NCBI GenBank assembly: GCA_964016885.1
Contig: OZ024741.1
Location: 411,804,001 to 411,868,000 of the forward strand
Length of the DNA: 64,000 nt
From: Eledone cirrhosa
Taxonomy: Eukaryota
Reading direction: 5' to 3'
Shown: positions 50,072 to 62,609 of the stretch, one piece after another
Position numbering within the stretch: the stretch's first letter is position 1
Layout of the letters: each line of letters begins with the position of its first letter
Made by a program: the position numbers and the translations under genes
The notes under the pieces: generated by a model
The model's database searches: none
Told to the model about the DNA's origin: nothing
The model's input: the letters and a program-made list of their open reading frames with translations, nothing else

Positions 50072-53000
50072 TGTAGTGAGCCCGAGCGGTGGAACCCAGA
50101 ACTCATTAGAGTTATGTCCCTTTGGGACAGTAGTGACCCCTAGTGTCACCTACAAGAAGTAATCGGAGTTACGTCCCCTTTGGGACTATATATTGAGACC
50201 ACCAGGGCATTCTACCTCTCTTTTTCGCTCCTTCACTCTGATTAGCGATGTAACAGCCCTGGAGATCGGAGCCGATTTCTCCCACAACTCGTGTGGAGGC
50301 AAATACCAAAATACTCCAGTGAACACGTTAAGAGTCTCTCTCTCCAAGAACAAACTCCAGCACATACTTTGGTCTCAATCCATTCAGCTACTTGAAACAT
50401 CAACAAACTCTGTATCTCTGGTAATTTATATATTGTTCTCTTTTGATTTCCACGAAGTAAACCTATCTACAAACAAAGTATGTTATTTCTAAAACAGTAA
50501 TAAATATATGTATAATACTAATCTTCTAAAGTGGTGACCCCGAAAAAAATAGTAGGAAAGGGTGTTACATGTATATAAAAAAAACATTTAATACATAACA
50601 ACACGTTTTTTTTTGCTGATATGGCTGCATTTATTAATATCAACAACTTTTGCTGTAATATTTAATTACCAAGCTCCTCATCTGTGTTGTACGAAGCTCT
50701 CAAATTATTTACACAAAAACGGAAAAAAATGCTGCTAGCTTCCTAGCAAAAAGAACAATTGCATAAATTTATTTTCTTTCTTCTTTCCATGCAATAATAT
50801 TTGAAGATGTCAAGATGGCGGCTTTCTTCTTCATAAAAAGTTTTTTTGGCGCGAAATTGTCCGCCATATTGGTTTTCTTTTTAGGTGTGCCGCAAATGTA
50901 TTATTAATGCTATTGCTCGATTAGTCGCTCCCTTACATGTTATCTCGGATGCATTCTTTTTCCTGTCCGGTTGTTTGACAGAGAAAAACAAGTGGTTTTA
51001 TTTTTTTTTTCCCTTGTGTCCGAGATATTTCTCTATACGGAGACACATTTTGGCCGCTTGCTGATATTGTACCAATCGCATCTGATACTTCTAAGGCCCT
51101 TTCCGATGTTCCCCGCCCAGCTCAGACCACACCTGGCCATTCCACCTGCGTGGCTACTCATACTCACAGCACAGCTATAATGGCTATGCAGAAAGCCATT
51201 CAAGAACTCCACCTGGAGCTACAGAAGCTGAAGGCCTCTAGTGGTGCTCGTTCGCGCATCCGCCCCAGGTCACCAGCTTCATCTTTATTAGACACCGCCC
51301 CAGGTCACCAGCTTCATCTTTATGCTGGTACCACGACCGTTTTGCCGAGAACGCGAACCACTGTGTGCAGCCGTGTTCGTTTGTGAAGTCGGGAAACGCC
51401 AGTCGTTCGCCGTCATTTCTTCATCAAGGATCTTATGTCTGAGAGAGGCTTCCTCGTGGATTACAGGAGCCTCCTGTAGTATTTGGCCTAAAAGATACCC
51501 TTGTGGAGTCATCCATTACTCTGCAGGCCGTTAACCACTCGCCTATAAAGACGTACGGACAAATCTCGCTTCCTCTCAAATTATTAAATCTTCGTAGGGA
51601 TTTTAAATGGATTATTACGGTCGCTGACTTGCCACACCCTATCTTAGGAGCGGATTTCCTCCACAATTTCTCTTTGACTGTGGATGTCCGTGGCCAACAT
51701 CTGGTGGATGACATCACCGGTTTTTCAATTCGTGGCCGGAAAGCCAATGCTCCAACGGCCAGCCCAATATTCTTCATCGCTGCCGCTGGAGACGCCTACC
51801 ATTCGTTATTAGGTTCTTGCTGGAGTTCACCGATGGAAATTTTCGAGTTACTGAGCCAACTCACTCAACCGAACATTTTATTTCCACCACTGGTGCTCCA
51901 GTATTTTCACGTCCACGCCGTTTACCGGTGGACAAATTAAAGGCAGCACGGTCCGAGTTCGACCATCTACGAGTCCTTGGGCTTCACCGTTACATATGGT
52001 GCCCAAGACTTCTGGCGACTGGAGACCCACTGGGGATTATAGTAGGTTAAACGCTATGATCGTCCCAGACAGATATCCGATTCCCCATCTCCAGGATTGT
52101 AAGATTTTCATTGCAGGGTTGTAAGATTTTCTCCAAACTCGATTTAGTGCGAGCTTACCACCAAATTCCGGTCAGGAAGGAAGACATTCCGAAAACAGCT
52201 ATTACGACTCCTTTCGGATCCTTCGAATTTTTTACCATGCCTTTCAGACTCATGAATGCCGCTAGCACTTTTCAGTAGTTCATAGATGAGGTCACTTGTG
52301 GTCTGGACTTCGGTTATGCATATATAGATGATCTCGTCGCTAGTTCCTCTCCAGAAGAGCATATGCGTCACCTGAACCTTTTATTTCGCCGTCTCCAGGA
52401 TTACCGCGTTCGAGTGAATCCCGCAAAGTGTGTTTTTGGATCCGCATCACTGAATTTTTTAGGCCACCTCATCGACGCCGAGGGTATACGCCCCCTTCCA
52501 CAGCAAGTTACAGCTATACAGGATCTACCTCCACCTACTTCACTTCACCAGTTGCGTAACTTCTTAGGCCTAATCAATTTTTATAGACGTTTCGTTCCTC
52601 ATTGTGCAAAATTACTGTCTTCCCTTACCGGAATTTTGAAAAATCGTCGGAAGAAGAATGAGGATATTTCCTTGACACAAGGACAACTCGAAGATTTCCA
52701 GACTGCCAAGACAGCACTTGCTAATTCATCTTTGCTAGCCCACCCAGTACCAGAGGCCAAGCATTCGCTTTGTGTTGATGCATCTGATACCGTTGTAGGA
52801 GCAGTTTTACAACAGTATAACGCTGGAAACCAACAACCTTTGGCATTTTTCTCCAGGAAGCTGAAACCAGCAGAAACCCGTTACAGCACGTTTGGCCGGG
52901 AGTTATTAGCCATATATCTGTCGTTGAAACATTTTTCTCATATTCTTGAGAGAAGAACTTTTATGGTTTTCACTTACCACAAACCTCTGACCTTCGCTTT

Positions 53001-55076
53001 GAGGGCTAAAGCCGACAAATATTCATCCAGAGAGGCAAGGCACCTTGATTACATTTCGCAGTTTACTAACGACATACAGCACATTTCTGGCTCACTAAAC
53101 ACAGCTGCAGACGCTTTGTCACGTTTGCCAATCAGCTCGATTTCGTCATCTCGGTAGATAGATTTAACTCGTTTGGCAGCAGACCAGCCTGCACTCGAAT
53201 CGTTGGACACTTCATCACCCGGGCTTGCGACTTGCAACTTGAAATATATGCCCTTGTCGACCACCGACAGGCAGATCCTATGCGACGTATCGACGGATTC
53301 ACCACGACCTTGTGTTCCCGAGACTCACCGTCGAATTCTGTTCCTTGCTTTGCACAGCATTTCTGACCCAGGAATTTCATCCACAGTAAAACCTATAACG
53401 GCTAGATTTTTCTGGCCAAATATAAGGCGAGAAATTACTGCCTGGTGCCGTTCCTGCACACAGTGTCAAAAGTCTAAAGTCCACAGACACACCCGGACTC
53501 CACTTGGTACTTTCAGTACTCCAGCTGCTCGTTTTCAACACATCCGCATCGATATCGTTGGACCTTGGCCATTCAGTAGTGGATATTCTTACCTTTTGGC
53601 CTGCATTGATCGTTTTTCGCGAAGGCCTGAAGCCACCCCCTTGACGGACATTAGCTGAGACTATAGCGCGTGTCCTGGTATCAGGGTTGATTGCCTGCTA
53701 TGGTGTGCCTACCACAATTACCACAGACCGTGGTAGGCAATTTGAATCTCATCTCTTCTCAGAGCTGACAAAAATCATTGGTGCTCAACGAATCCGGACC
53801 ACAGCTTATCATCCTGCTTCGAACGGAATGGTGGAACGTTTTCACCGACAATTAAAGGCCGCTTTTCGCGCCTACCCAGACTCTCTACGTTGGAGCGAGT
53901 ACCTTCCTATTGTGTTATTAGGAATTCGGTCATCAATAAAGCAGGACCTTGGGTTCTCCCCGGCCGAATTACTGTATGGTGCTCCTCTAGCGTTGCCTGG
54001 GCAAATGCTTGCCCCTGTTGATTCTGCTTTTCAGGATCCTCTCTCCTATGTATCTCGTTTACGCTCCTATTTTCAGGACCTACCGCCTATGAATACCAGG
54101 AAAAAAACTATTAAAACTGCAGTCCCGAGGGATATTGCCTCGTGGACACATGTCTTACTCCACTCCTCACACAGCCGTACTCTGGACCCTACCGTGTGTT
54201 ATCACGCACTGACAAACATTTCACAGTATACATTAAGGGATCCAGAGAGACAATTTCTGTGGATAGAGTAAAAAGGGCATACACTGACGCTCATACACCT
54301 GAGCCACAAATACCCCAATCTTTCTCTATTGAGCATACACCTGCTCCTTCTGCCCCACCTTCACCTACATACAGGACCACGACCCGTTTCGGTCGAAGTC
54401 CACTGGCCCAAAAAACTCTGTCAGACATTTTTTATATGAACTGGCCACTGGAGCCTTTTGTTTTCTTTTTCATTGTATTAGGTATGCATGTACTTTTTGA
54501 TTTTTTTGTTACTGTTTCATGCCTATGCTTGGAACCCACCCTTGGGGGTTCGCTGCAATTATCTTCAGGCTTTTCGCCTATCGTCTAGAGGAGGGTATTG
54601 TAGTGACCCCTCGCGGTGGAACCCAGAACTCATTAGAGTTACGCCCCTTTTGGACGGCAGTGACCCCTAGTGTTACCTACAAGAAGTAATCGGAGTTACG
54701 TCTCCTTTGGGACTAAATATTGAGACCACCAGGGCATTCTACCTCTCTTTTTCGCTCCTTCACTCTGATTAGCGATGTAGCAGCCCTGGAGATCGGAGCC
54801 GATTTCTCCCACGACCCGTGTGGAGGCAAATACAAAATTACTCCAGTGAACACGTTAAGAGTCTCTCTCTCTCTCTCCAAGAACAAACTCCAGCACATAC
54901 TTTGGTCTCAATCCATTCAGCTACTTGAAACATCAACAAACTCTGTATCTCTGGTAATTTATATATTGTTCTCTTTTGATTTCCACGAAGTAAACTTATC
55001 TACAAACAAAGTAAATCAGCCTTGCATGTTATTTCTAAAACAGTAATAAATATATGTATAATACTAATCTTCTAAA
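50072..55076 (+). mobile_element. Ty3/Gypsy LTR retrotransposon, both LTRs present, coding region decayed
   Basis: LTRs 50072-50530 and 54599-55076; PBS TGGTGACCCCGA (tRNA-Trp complement) at 50532-50543; PPT AGAGGAGGG before the 3' LTR; TSD TGTC at 50068-50071 and 55077-55080; domain order PR-RT-RH-IN. Confidence 0.96.
51050..54290 (+). pseudogene. Gypsy gag-tail/pol pseudogene
   Basis: Gag tail CWYHDRF..A..C..PC (~51325); protease ILGADFL; RT YIDD (52321) and FLGLINFYRRF; RNase H VDASD and YSTFGRELLAIY; integrase TDRGRQF and NGMVERFHR; multiple stops and frameshifts. Confidence 0.93.
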
Positions 55077-55109
55077 TGTCTATCTACCCGAGTCACCACA
55101 CCTGTCAGT

Positions 55110-56458
55110 AGTCTATATTGATCCCAATATTAATTAAGTTAATATAAAAGTACTATAAATGAAAATTACTTGCCACAAAAATCTATAAAAAACGGGCTCT
55201 GATGTTGGGTTTGAACAGTTTTTAGGATTCGCCAGTTCAGCAGCCAGTACGTTAAAGAAAATTGATAGTTACAACAATAAAGGCAGAACAGAGAACACAT
55301 TTTTTAACAAACAATAATTTGTACAACCATAATGGAAATTCCAAGTATCAGAAAATATTTAAATTACATTGTTAGAGCCTCATAGTATACAATATATTTT
55401 GTTCGGCCCTCCGGAGCAAAGATGAAGAGATTGTTTGGCGAGCTCACCCTAGAGCATCCTACATACAATTGACCATGGGAGAATCACTGATCTCATAGCT
55501 CGTCTCACGGAGAAGCTCTGTAGACGTTGACCTCTGGACACTCCTGTCAGGAGCAGGTAAGCTGTAGTGACTTAGAGACCTACCACTAATCTCCAGGAAA
55601 CTGTTTTCAAGACAAATGAGCACTTCATTGAAAACTACATCGTATGTTACGTTCGGATTGTGTCTGCGTGTGCGGTGGAGGATGTCCTCAGCTAGACTTT
55701 CACGGTGGTTGTTCCACATTGCGAGAGGGTCGGCGAGATCACAGTTGTGCAGCATAATAGCAAAAGGTTTTCGCAGCTGAGAAGGGACTTTAGCAGTTGC
55801 TGCTTCTTGCAGGGTGAGTTGTCAATGGCTATCATTGTGTAACATACCACGCATCTAGCAAGCCAAATGGTAAGTGGAACATTGATGGCCATTGATGGTT
55901 CTCAGATCTTGGAAAGACTGTGGTCCCCTAACTTCGAACAGTAACAATGACGATAAGCCGTCTGTGCTTTCGTGAAATAAATAGGTTTTAGTTTTTGTGT
56001 TTGCAAAAATATCTGTACACGAATATATATATTAAAATAACAGATTAAAGTTTAAGCAAAGAATCGCTGATTTCACCCTTAACTAAAAAAATCAGTCTGT
56101 GGACGCAGAAGTAAATATTTCGAAAAACGTTATCTAATGCAGACAGTCAAACATACAGAGACATATTATAAGGGCGCTACGTTATAGCTATGTATCTATC
56201 TAAAGAGACAGACTAAGAAAATGAGGGGAATGTTGTGCGACGTCATAAGAAAAAGTGAGGAATGACGTATAACCGGAAGTGTTGACATTTGAAATTTTAA
56301 AGAAGTGAATATTTAAATAACATCTTTAATCTTTTAACAAAATTCAGTAGACAAAAATACCCTCACTTTTTTACTTGGAAAAAGTTATATCTATGGTGCT
56401 ATTTGGTCCAGCCGTTTGGCAGAAAGTTTGTTACCTACATACGGCCGTCAGCTTTATA

Positions 56459-56460
<2 letters not shown>
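55110..56460 (-). mobile_element. Internally deleted Helitron with Rep/helicase remnants
   Basis: The minus strand reads VRGPQSFQDLRTING...PLAMWNNHRESLAED (Rep-helicase linker), joined to HGQLYVGCSRV...TKYIVY (PIF1 helicase end). 56020-56180 matches 41020-41300 of the other Helitron. Boundaries are approximate. Confidence 0.8.
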
Positions 56461-56502
<42 letters not shown>

Positions 56503-56508
<6 letters not shown>

Positions 56509-59500
56509 TTAAGTCGTTTGGAAGCCTCGACAATGCAAATGGGTAAATCTCCGGGTAACAAGGTCCGGTGGTGGAGAGAGAGATGTAAATGGGTGTACGT
56601 TGAGATGCGTGGTGTGTATAAGATGTGTGAGATGTGTAGAATGAAGGGAAGAGTATAAAGGATAAAATTAAAATAACAACACAAGAGAGAGTTACCTTGG
56701 GAGAGATTTAATAGTCCCTATATATTTCGGATTCACATCCATCAACTGGGGTTTTTTTCCGGGGTGGGGGAAAAGGTTGTCTGTCGGACAAGTCCGGAAC
56801 GCGTCCTTCGTTGTTTGTTGTTTTGAATATCTGAGGTATTCGGCAGAGCGCACGTGCGCGTGAAATGGGGTCGGTCGTACAGAGGTCAGCGGCCGAATGA
56901 GGGAGTGGGATAGCGCTAGCTGTCAGTCCATTTTCTGCCTGTTTGTTAAATGTTACTCTGTGTGTGTGTGCGTGTGTTGTCTCGCTTGAGTGTGTGTGTG
57001 TGCGTGCGTGTGTTGTTGCCTTGTTCCTCTGTATTGGCAGTGAGTATGTTCGTATGGTGGAATGCTACTGTGTGTGTGTGTGTGTGTGCGTGTGTTGTCT
57101 CGTTTGCGTGTGTTGTGTGTTGTTGCATCGCTTGTTAACTTAAACCAGCCATCTCATTTCGCTTCTCTCTGATCGGTTGTTTATTTGCGGTTGCAGTCGT
57201 TTGATAAAAAGCGCTTCCTTGATACGTAACGTGCCGACGTTTCTTTCAGTCGCTAGAATTGTGACAATGGGCCTTCCGTCTTTGTTTCCGCATTTGTGTG
57301 TTTGTGAAGTATATCCGAGATGGAGTGTTTTAGCCTGATGAGTTTAGTGTCGAGTTCGTGGTTGGTGGGTGGGGGGTGGAGTGGGTTGTCGGGGTGGTAA
57401 GTGGGGAACTAGGGGTGGGTTGCGTCGGCGCTGTTATTTTCTGTGGCGCTGTTGATGGCGGTCACCCATTTAAGTTGGTAAGCGGCCCGACAAAAGTTGG
57501 CCCCACCCTCCAACCACGAACTCGACACTACACTCATCAGGCTAAAACACTCCATCTCGGATATACTTCACAAACACACACACACACGCACAACACATAA
57601 CCTCACCAAATCTCAACTCACCACTCTCTCCAACCTAAAATCGAAGAACCTCATCTATCTCCCCTCCGACTAGGGAAAAGAATTCTGCGTCATCAGCAGA
57701 GAGGCCTACAACACCCTGGCCCTCCAACACCTTGACGATGACAACCTCTACTCCAAGGTCACGGGAATCACTCCCGCGCAGATAGAAGAACACATCAACG
57801 CCGCCTGGACCAACATCTGCGACCGGCGGAAGCTCCCGAAGAAGCTGAGATACAACCTCCTCACGAGGAACAGCAGACTACCCGCCTTCTACCACCTCGT
57901 GAAAACACACAAACGGGACCCGACCTGAAAATCAGGCGCATCGTATCGAGCGTGGAGGGACCACTCTACAAAATTTCATGGCTCCTAGCCAGAATACTCA
58001 AACCCATCTTAGACACCTTGCCGGGACACGTTAACAGCTCCGAGGAGGTGTTGAAGCGCCTGCATCAAATGGATCCCGACACCAGAAGGAATAACAGATA
58101 TGCCTTCAGCCTTGATGTAGTCGCTCTCTACACCTCGGTCCCGGCACTCCCGGCCGTCAATATACTAATGGAACGCGTCCAATCCACCGACCTACACTGC
58201 TTCGGGCTCACCACCACTGACATCCACCAACTCCTATCCATCGTCGTCGACAACACCTACTTCGGATTCCTTGACCAAATATACCAACAAACCTCGGGAT
58301 TGCCCATGGGATCAAGCCTATCAGGTGTGCTAGCGATCTCTTACATGGACAACCTCGAACGCAAGACACTCAACGCTTGCCACTCCAACGCCGTAGCCTT
58401 TTTCTCAAGGTACGTGGACGATATCCTCATCCTCGCATCTTCCCAAGACACGGCGAACAGAATCTATGAGACGTTCAACAACACGGACGAGAAAATTGAC
58501 TTCAGTGTTGAATACCCCAACGAAGACGGGTCACTTGCCCTCCTCGACTTCCGAATCAACATCACGGAACAGGGAAGGATCCACTGCAACTTCTACCGAA
58601 AGGCAGCCTGCAGGGACCTATTCGTTCACTACAAGTCCGCCCTCCCTAACAGTGCCAAAAGAGGATACATCACGAACGAGATCGCGCGAATCAAAAACAG
58701 ATGCAGCGATCCCGCGAGTGGTGTCACTCATACCAAGCGATTCCTCAAGGTGCTGGAGACGAACGGGTACCCTACCTCGATCACAGACAGAATAGGAGAC
58801 ACCAGACGCAAGAGACAGAGAAGCACCCAAGGCAAGTGCTTCCTTAAAATGCCACACCTGGGCGAGAAAACCACCAACGCTGTCCGCAAGGCTATACGGA
58901 GGGAGGGCCTCGACATCCACCTGGCCCACTCGGGCCCCTCCCTGCGAAGATGCCTCTCCAGGAAACCCGAAAAATCTACTGACGCATGCTCCCTCAGAGA
59001 CTGCCTGATACGCCATGCGAACTGTTGCCTACGCACATACGTCGTGTATAAGATAGAATGTGATAGGTGCAACCAATACTACATAGGTAGCACAATTCGA
59101 CCTTTGCACATCCGGATCAAGGAACACACTAAAACCAGGGCCTCGTCTTTCCGGAAACACATAGACAAATGCGGAAACAAAGACGGAAGGCCCATTGTCA
59201 CAATTCTAGCGACTGAAAGAAACGTCGGCACGTTACGTATCAAGGAAGCGCTTTTTATCAAACGACTGCAACCGCAAATAAACAACCGATCAGAGAGAAG
59301 CGAAATGAGATGGCTGGTTTAAGTTAACAAGCGATGCAACAACACACAACACACGCACACACACACGCAAACGAGACAACTACACACACACACGCACACA
59401 CACACAGTAGCATTTCACCATACGAACATACTACACTGCCAATACAGAGGAACAAGGCAACAACACACGCACGCACACACACACACACTCAAGCGAGAGA

Positions 59501-60020
59501 ACAACACACGCACACACACACAGAGTAACATTTAACAAACAGGCAGAGAATGGACTGACAGCTAGCGCCATCCCCCTCCCTCATTCGGCCGCTGACCTCT
59601 GTACGACCGGCCCCATTTCACGCGCACGCGCGCTCTGCCGAATAGCTCAGATATTCAAAACAACAAACAGTGAAGGACGCGTTCCGGATTTGTCCGATAG
59701 ACAACCTTTTCCCCCACCCCGGAAAAAAACCCCAGTTGATGGATGTGAATCCGAAATATATAGGGACTATTAAATCTCTCCCACGGTACTCTCTCTTGTG
59801 TTGTTATTTTAATTTTATCCTTTATACTCTTCCCTTCATTCTACACATCTCACACATCTTATACACACCACGCATCTCAACGTACACCCACTTACATCTC
59901 TCTCTCCACCACCGGACCTTGTTACCCGGGAATTTACCCATTTGCATTGTCGAGGCTTCCAAACGACTTAAAGATATTTACTTATTGTTCCACAATGCTT
60001 CAAGCAAACTTCAATACTCT

Positions 60021-60022
<2 letters not shown>
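56503..60022 (+). mobile_element. Penelope-like element (RT + C-terminal GIY-YIG) with a long inverted 5' arm, flanked by (TA)n
   Basis: 56503-57297 is the reverse complement of 59165-59977; ~57296-57374 is the reverse complement of 57501-57579; (TA)n tracts abut both ends. Confidence 0.93.
57502..59322 (+). pseudogene. Penelope-like RT/GIY-YIG ORF, 5'-truncated, with one stop and one frameshift
   Basis: PSD*G (DKG motif, TAG at 57671), FYHLVKTHK, frameshift at ~57920, then an open 456 aa with SLDVVALYTSVP, GLPMGSSLS, RYVDD, FYRK, CSLRDC..C and VVYKIECDRCNQYYIGST.R. Confidence 0.93.
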
Positions 60023-60058
<36 letters not shown>

Positions 60059-60551
60059 AGTATGTATGTATACGTACATACATATATGTATACAGACGTA
60101 CAGTAGTATGTATATATATACATACATGCACACATATATATATGCACGTATCGGTTTACCGAACATTTATTATAATGCCCGGTTTGTTTGTTTGTAAACA
60201 AACAAACAGCCCGAATTACGCCGTACAGTGTCTAGGCAACCACGTCACCTTTTTGTTCAACACTGACACAGGAACGATGTACTAGTTTCAAGCTTATTAG
60301 CTATCGTCAGCATCGTATACCTTCCTGCCAGATGGTTGACGTCTGAAAGTATATACTTTCCTTATGCATATTAACGGCTGAGCAGCCTAATTTGAATATC
60401 GAGTGAGTTTAGTCGGCTGGGCGCACCGAAAACGATAAATGGAATAGAATGAAACGAAATTTCATTTCTCACTCTTAGTACGGCACTTACTTAAATGTAA
60501 GTATGCATGTATGTATACGTACATACATATATGTATACAGACGTACAGTAG

Positions 60552-60594
<43 letters not shown>

Positions 60595-60760
60595 TGTAAG
60601 TATGTATGTATGCGTACATACATATATGTATACAGACGTACAGTAGTATGTATATATATACATACATGCACACATATATATATATGCACGTATCGGTTTA
60701 CTGAACATTTATTATAATGCCCGGTTTGTAAACAAACATCCCGGATTACGCGTACGTTTC
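60023..60760. repeat. Locally duplicated TA-rich low-complexity block
   Basis: ATGTAAGTATG..TACGTACATACATATATGTATACAGACGTACAGTAGTATG occurs at ~60054, ~60495 and ~60594; the ~60054-60215 block recurs at ~60594-60755. Confidence 0.8.
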
Positions 60761-60879
60761 ATTCTACTCCATTTATTCTGGCAGAGGCAGAAACATTAAC
60801 TTTTTTTAGAAATAAAGCAGGTCTATTCACGTCGCCATCTCTAGCAATTTATATGTATATATAATATATATTATAAGTG

Positions 60880-61335
<456 letters not shown>

Positions 61336-61583
61336 TGCCTGGAATTGCGACCGACAGTATTAGCAATTTGACAAGCTCTACCTCACTTGTTAAGCAAATG
61401 ACGTCTGGGCTCTTTTATATATATATATAATATGCGTGTGTGTATGTGTTTATATTAGCACCATTTTAGGACTATTTTCCATGCTTCAATGGATTGTTAC
61501 ATTTTGAAGCTAGTCAGTTCAAAGGACTGTAACTTGTTCATATGTTATATTCTACCAAGTTTTCTACAGCTGGATTCCCTTCC

Positions 61584-62263
61584 TTTACAGAGTGTACTGG
61601 GTGTATTTTATCATGACACCAACACTACCACTTTCCAGAGTGTACTGGGTGTATTTTATCATGGTACCAACACTACCACTTTCCAGAGTGTACTGGGTGT
61701 ATTTTATCATGGTACCAACACTACCACTTTACAGAGTGTACTGGGTGTATTTTATCATGATACCAACACTTCCACTTTACAGAGTGTACTGGGTGTATGT
61801 TATCATGACACCAATACTACCGCTTTACAGAGTGTACTGGGTGTATTTTTATCATGGTACCAACACTACCACTTTACAGAGTGTACTGGGTGTATTTTAT
61901 CATGGTACCAACACTACCACTTTACAGAGTGTACTGGGTGTATTTTATCATGGTACCAACACTACCACTTTACAGAGTGTACTGGGTGTATTTTATCATG
62001 GTACCAACACTACCACTTTACAGAGTGTACTGGGTGTATTTTATCATGGTACCAACACTACCACTTTACAGAGTGTACTGGGTGTATTTTATCATGGTAC
62101 CAACACTACCACTTTACAGAGTGTACTGGGTGTATTTTATCATGGTACCAACACTACCACTTTACAGAGTGTACTGGGTGTATTTTATCATGGTACCAAC
62201 ACTACCACTTTACAGAGTGTACTGGGTGTATTTTATCATGGTACCAACACTACCACTTTACAG
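61584..62263. repeat. 48-bp minisatellite derived from the SINE/RTE tail
   Basis: Unit TTACAGAGTGTACTGGGTGTATTTTATCATGGTACCAACACTACCACT; preceded by TTTCTACAGCTGGATTCCCTTCCT; a single-copy equivalent sits at ~29532-29579. Confidence 0.93.
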
Positions 62264-62419
62264 CTCTGGGACACTCATTGTGTCCTCAGCCAGGTTGGGA
62301 AGGCAGAAATGGGAGTGTGTGTGTGGAGAGACTAGAGAGTTGGGGGGGGGGGGGTAGCAAAAGTTGGGTTGTGGATGGGGTTTTGAAGAGAGATAGTGGA
62401 CAACCTTTTGCAGTATATA

Positions 62420-62609
62420 ATAATAATAATTGTTTCTACTTTAGGCACAAGGCCAGCAATTAGCCAGTGCATTACTGGTACTTTATTTTATCGACCCCGT
62501 AAGGATGAAAGGCAATGTCAACCTCGGCGAGATTTGAACTCAGATCGTAAAGGGACGTAACTATGCTGGAAAGCATGGCGTCCGACCCTCTACCGATACT
62601 GCCAATCCA
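62420..62609 (-). mobile_element. tRNA-derived SINE (same family as 40632-40830), head cut by a Tx1/L1 element
   Basis: Reverse complement of GAGTTCAAATCTCGCCGAGG...GCCTTTCATCCTTACGGGGTCGATAAAATAAAGTACCAG. Confidence 0.8.

Noticed and set aside
57336-57360. CTGATGAG as a hammerhead core
   Set aside because: No stem II or GAAA follows; it is antisense ORF sequence (LIRL).
57502-59720. Selenoprotein-type (Naiad-like) Penelope ORF with a SECIS element
   Set aside because: No in-frame TGA in the RT/EN frame (the interruption is a TAG plus a frameshift), and the GTGAAGGAC...GTCCGA stem is too short for a SECIS.
61489-62463. 324-aa and 247-aa repetitive ORFs
   Set aside because: Products of the 48-bp (multiple of 3) TE-derived minisatellite; no splice or domain evidence.
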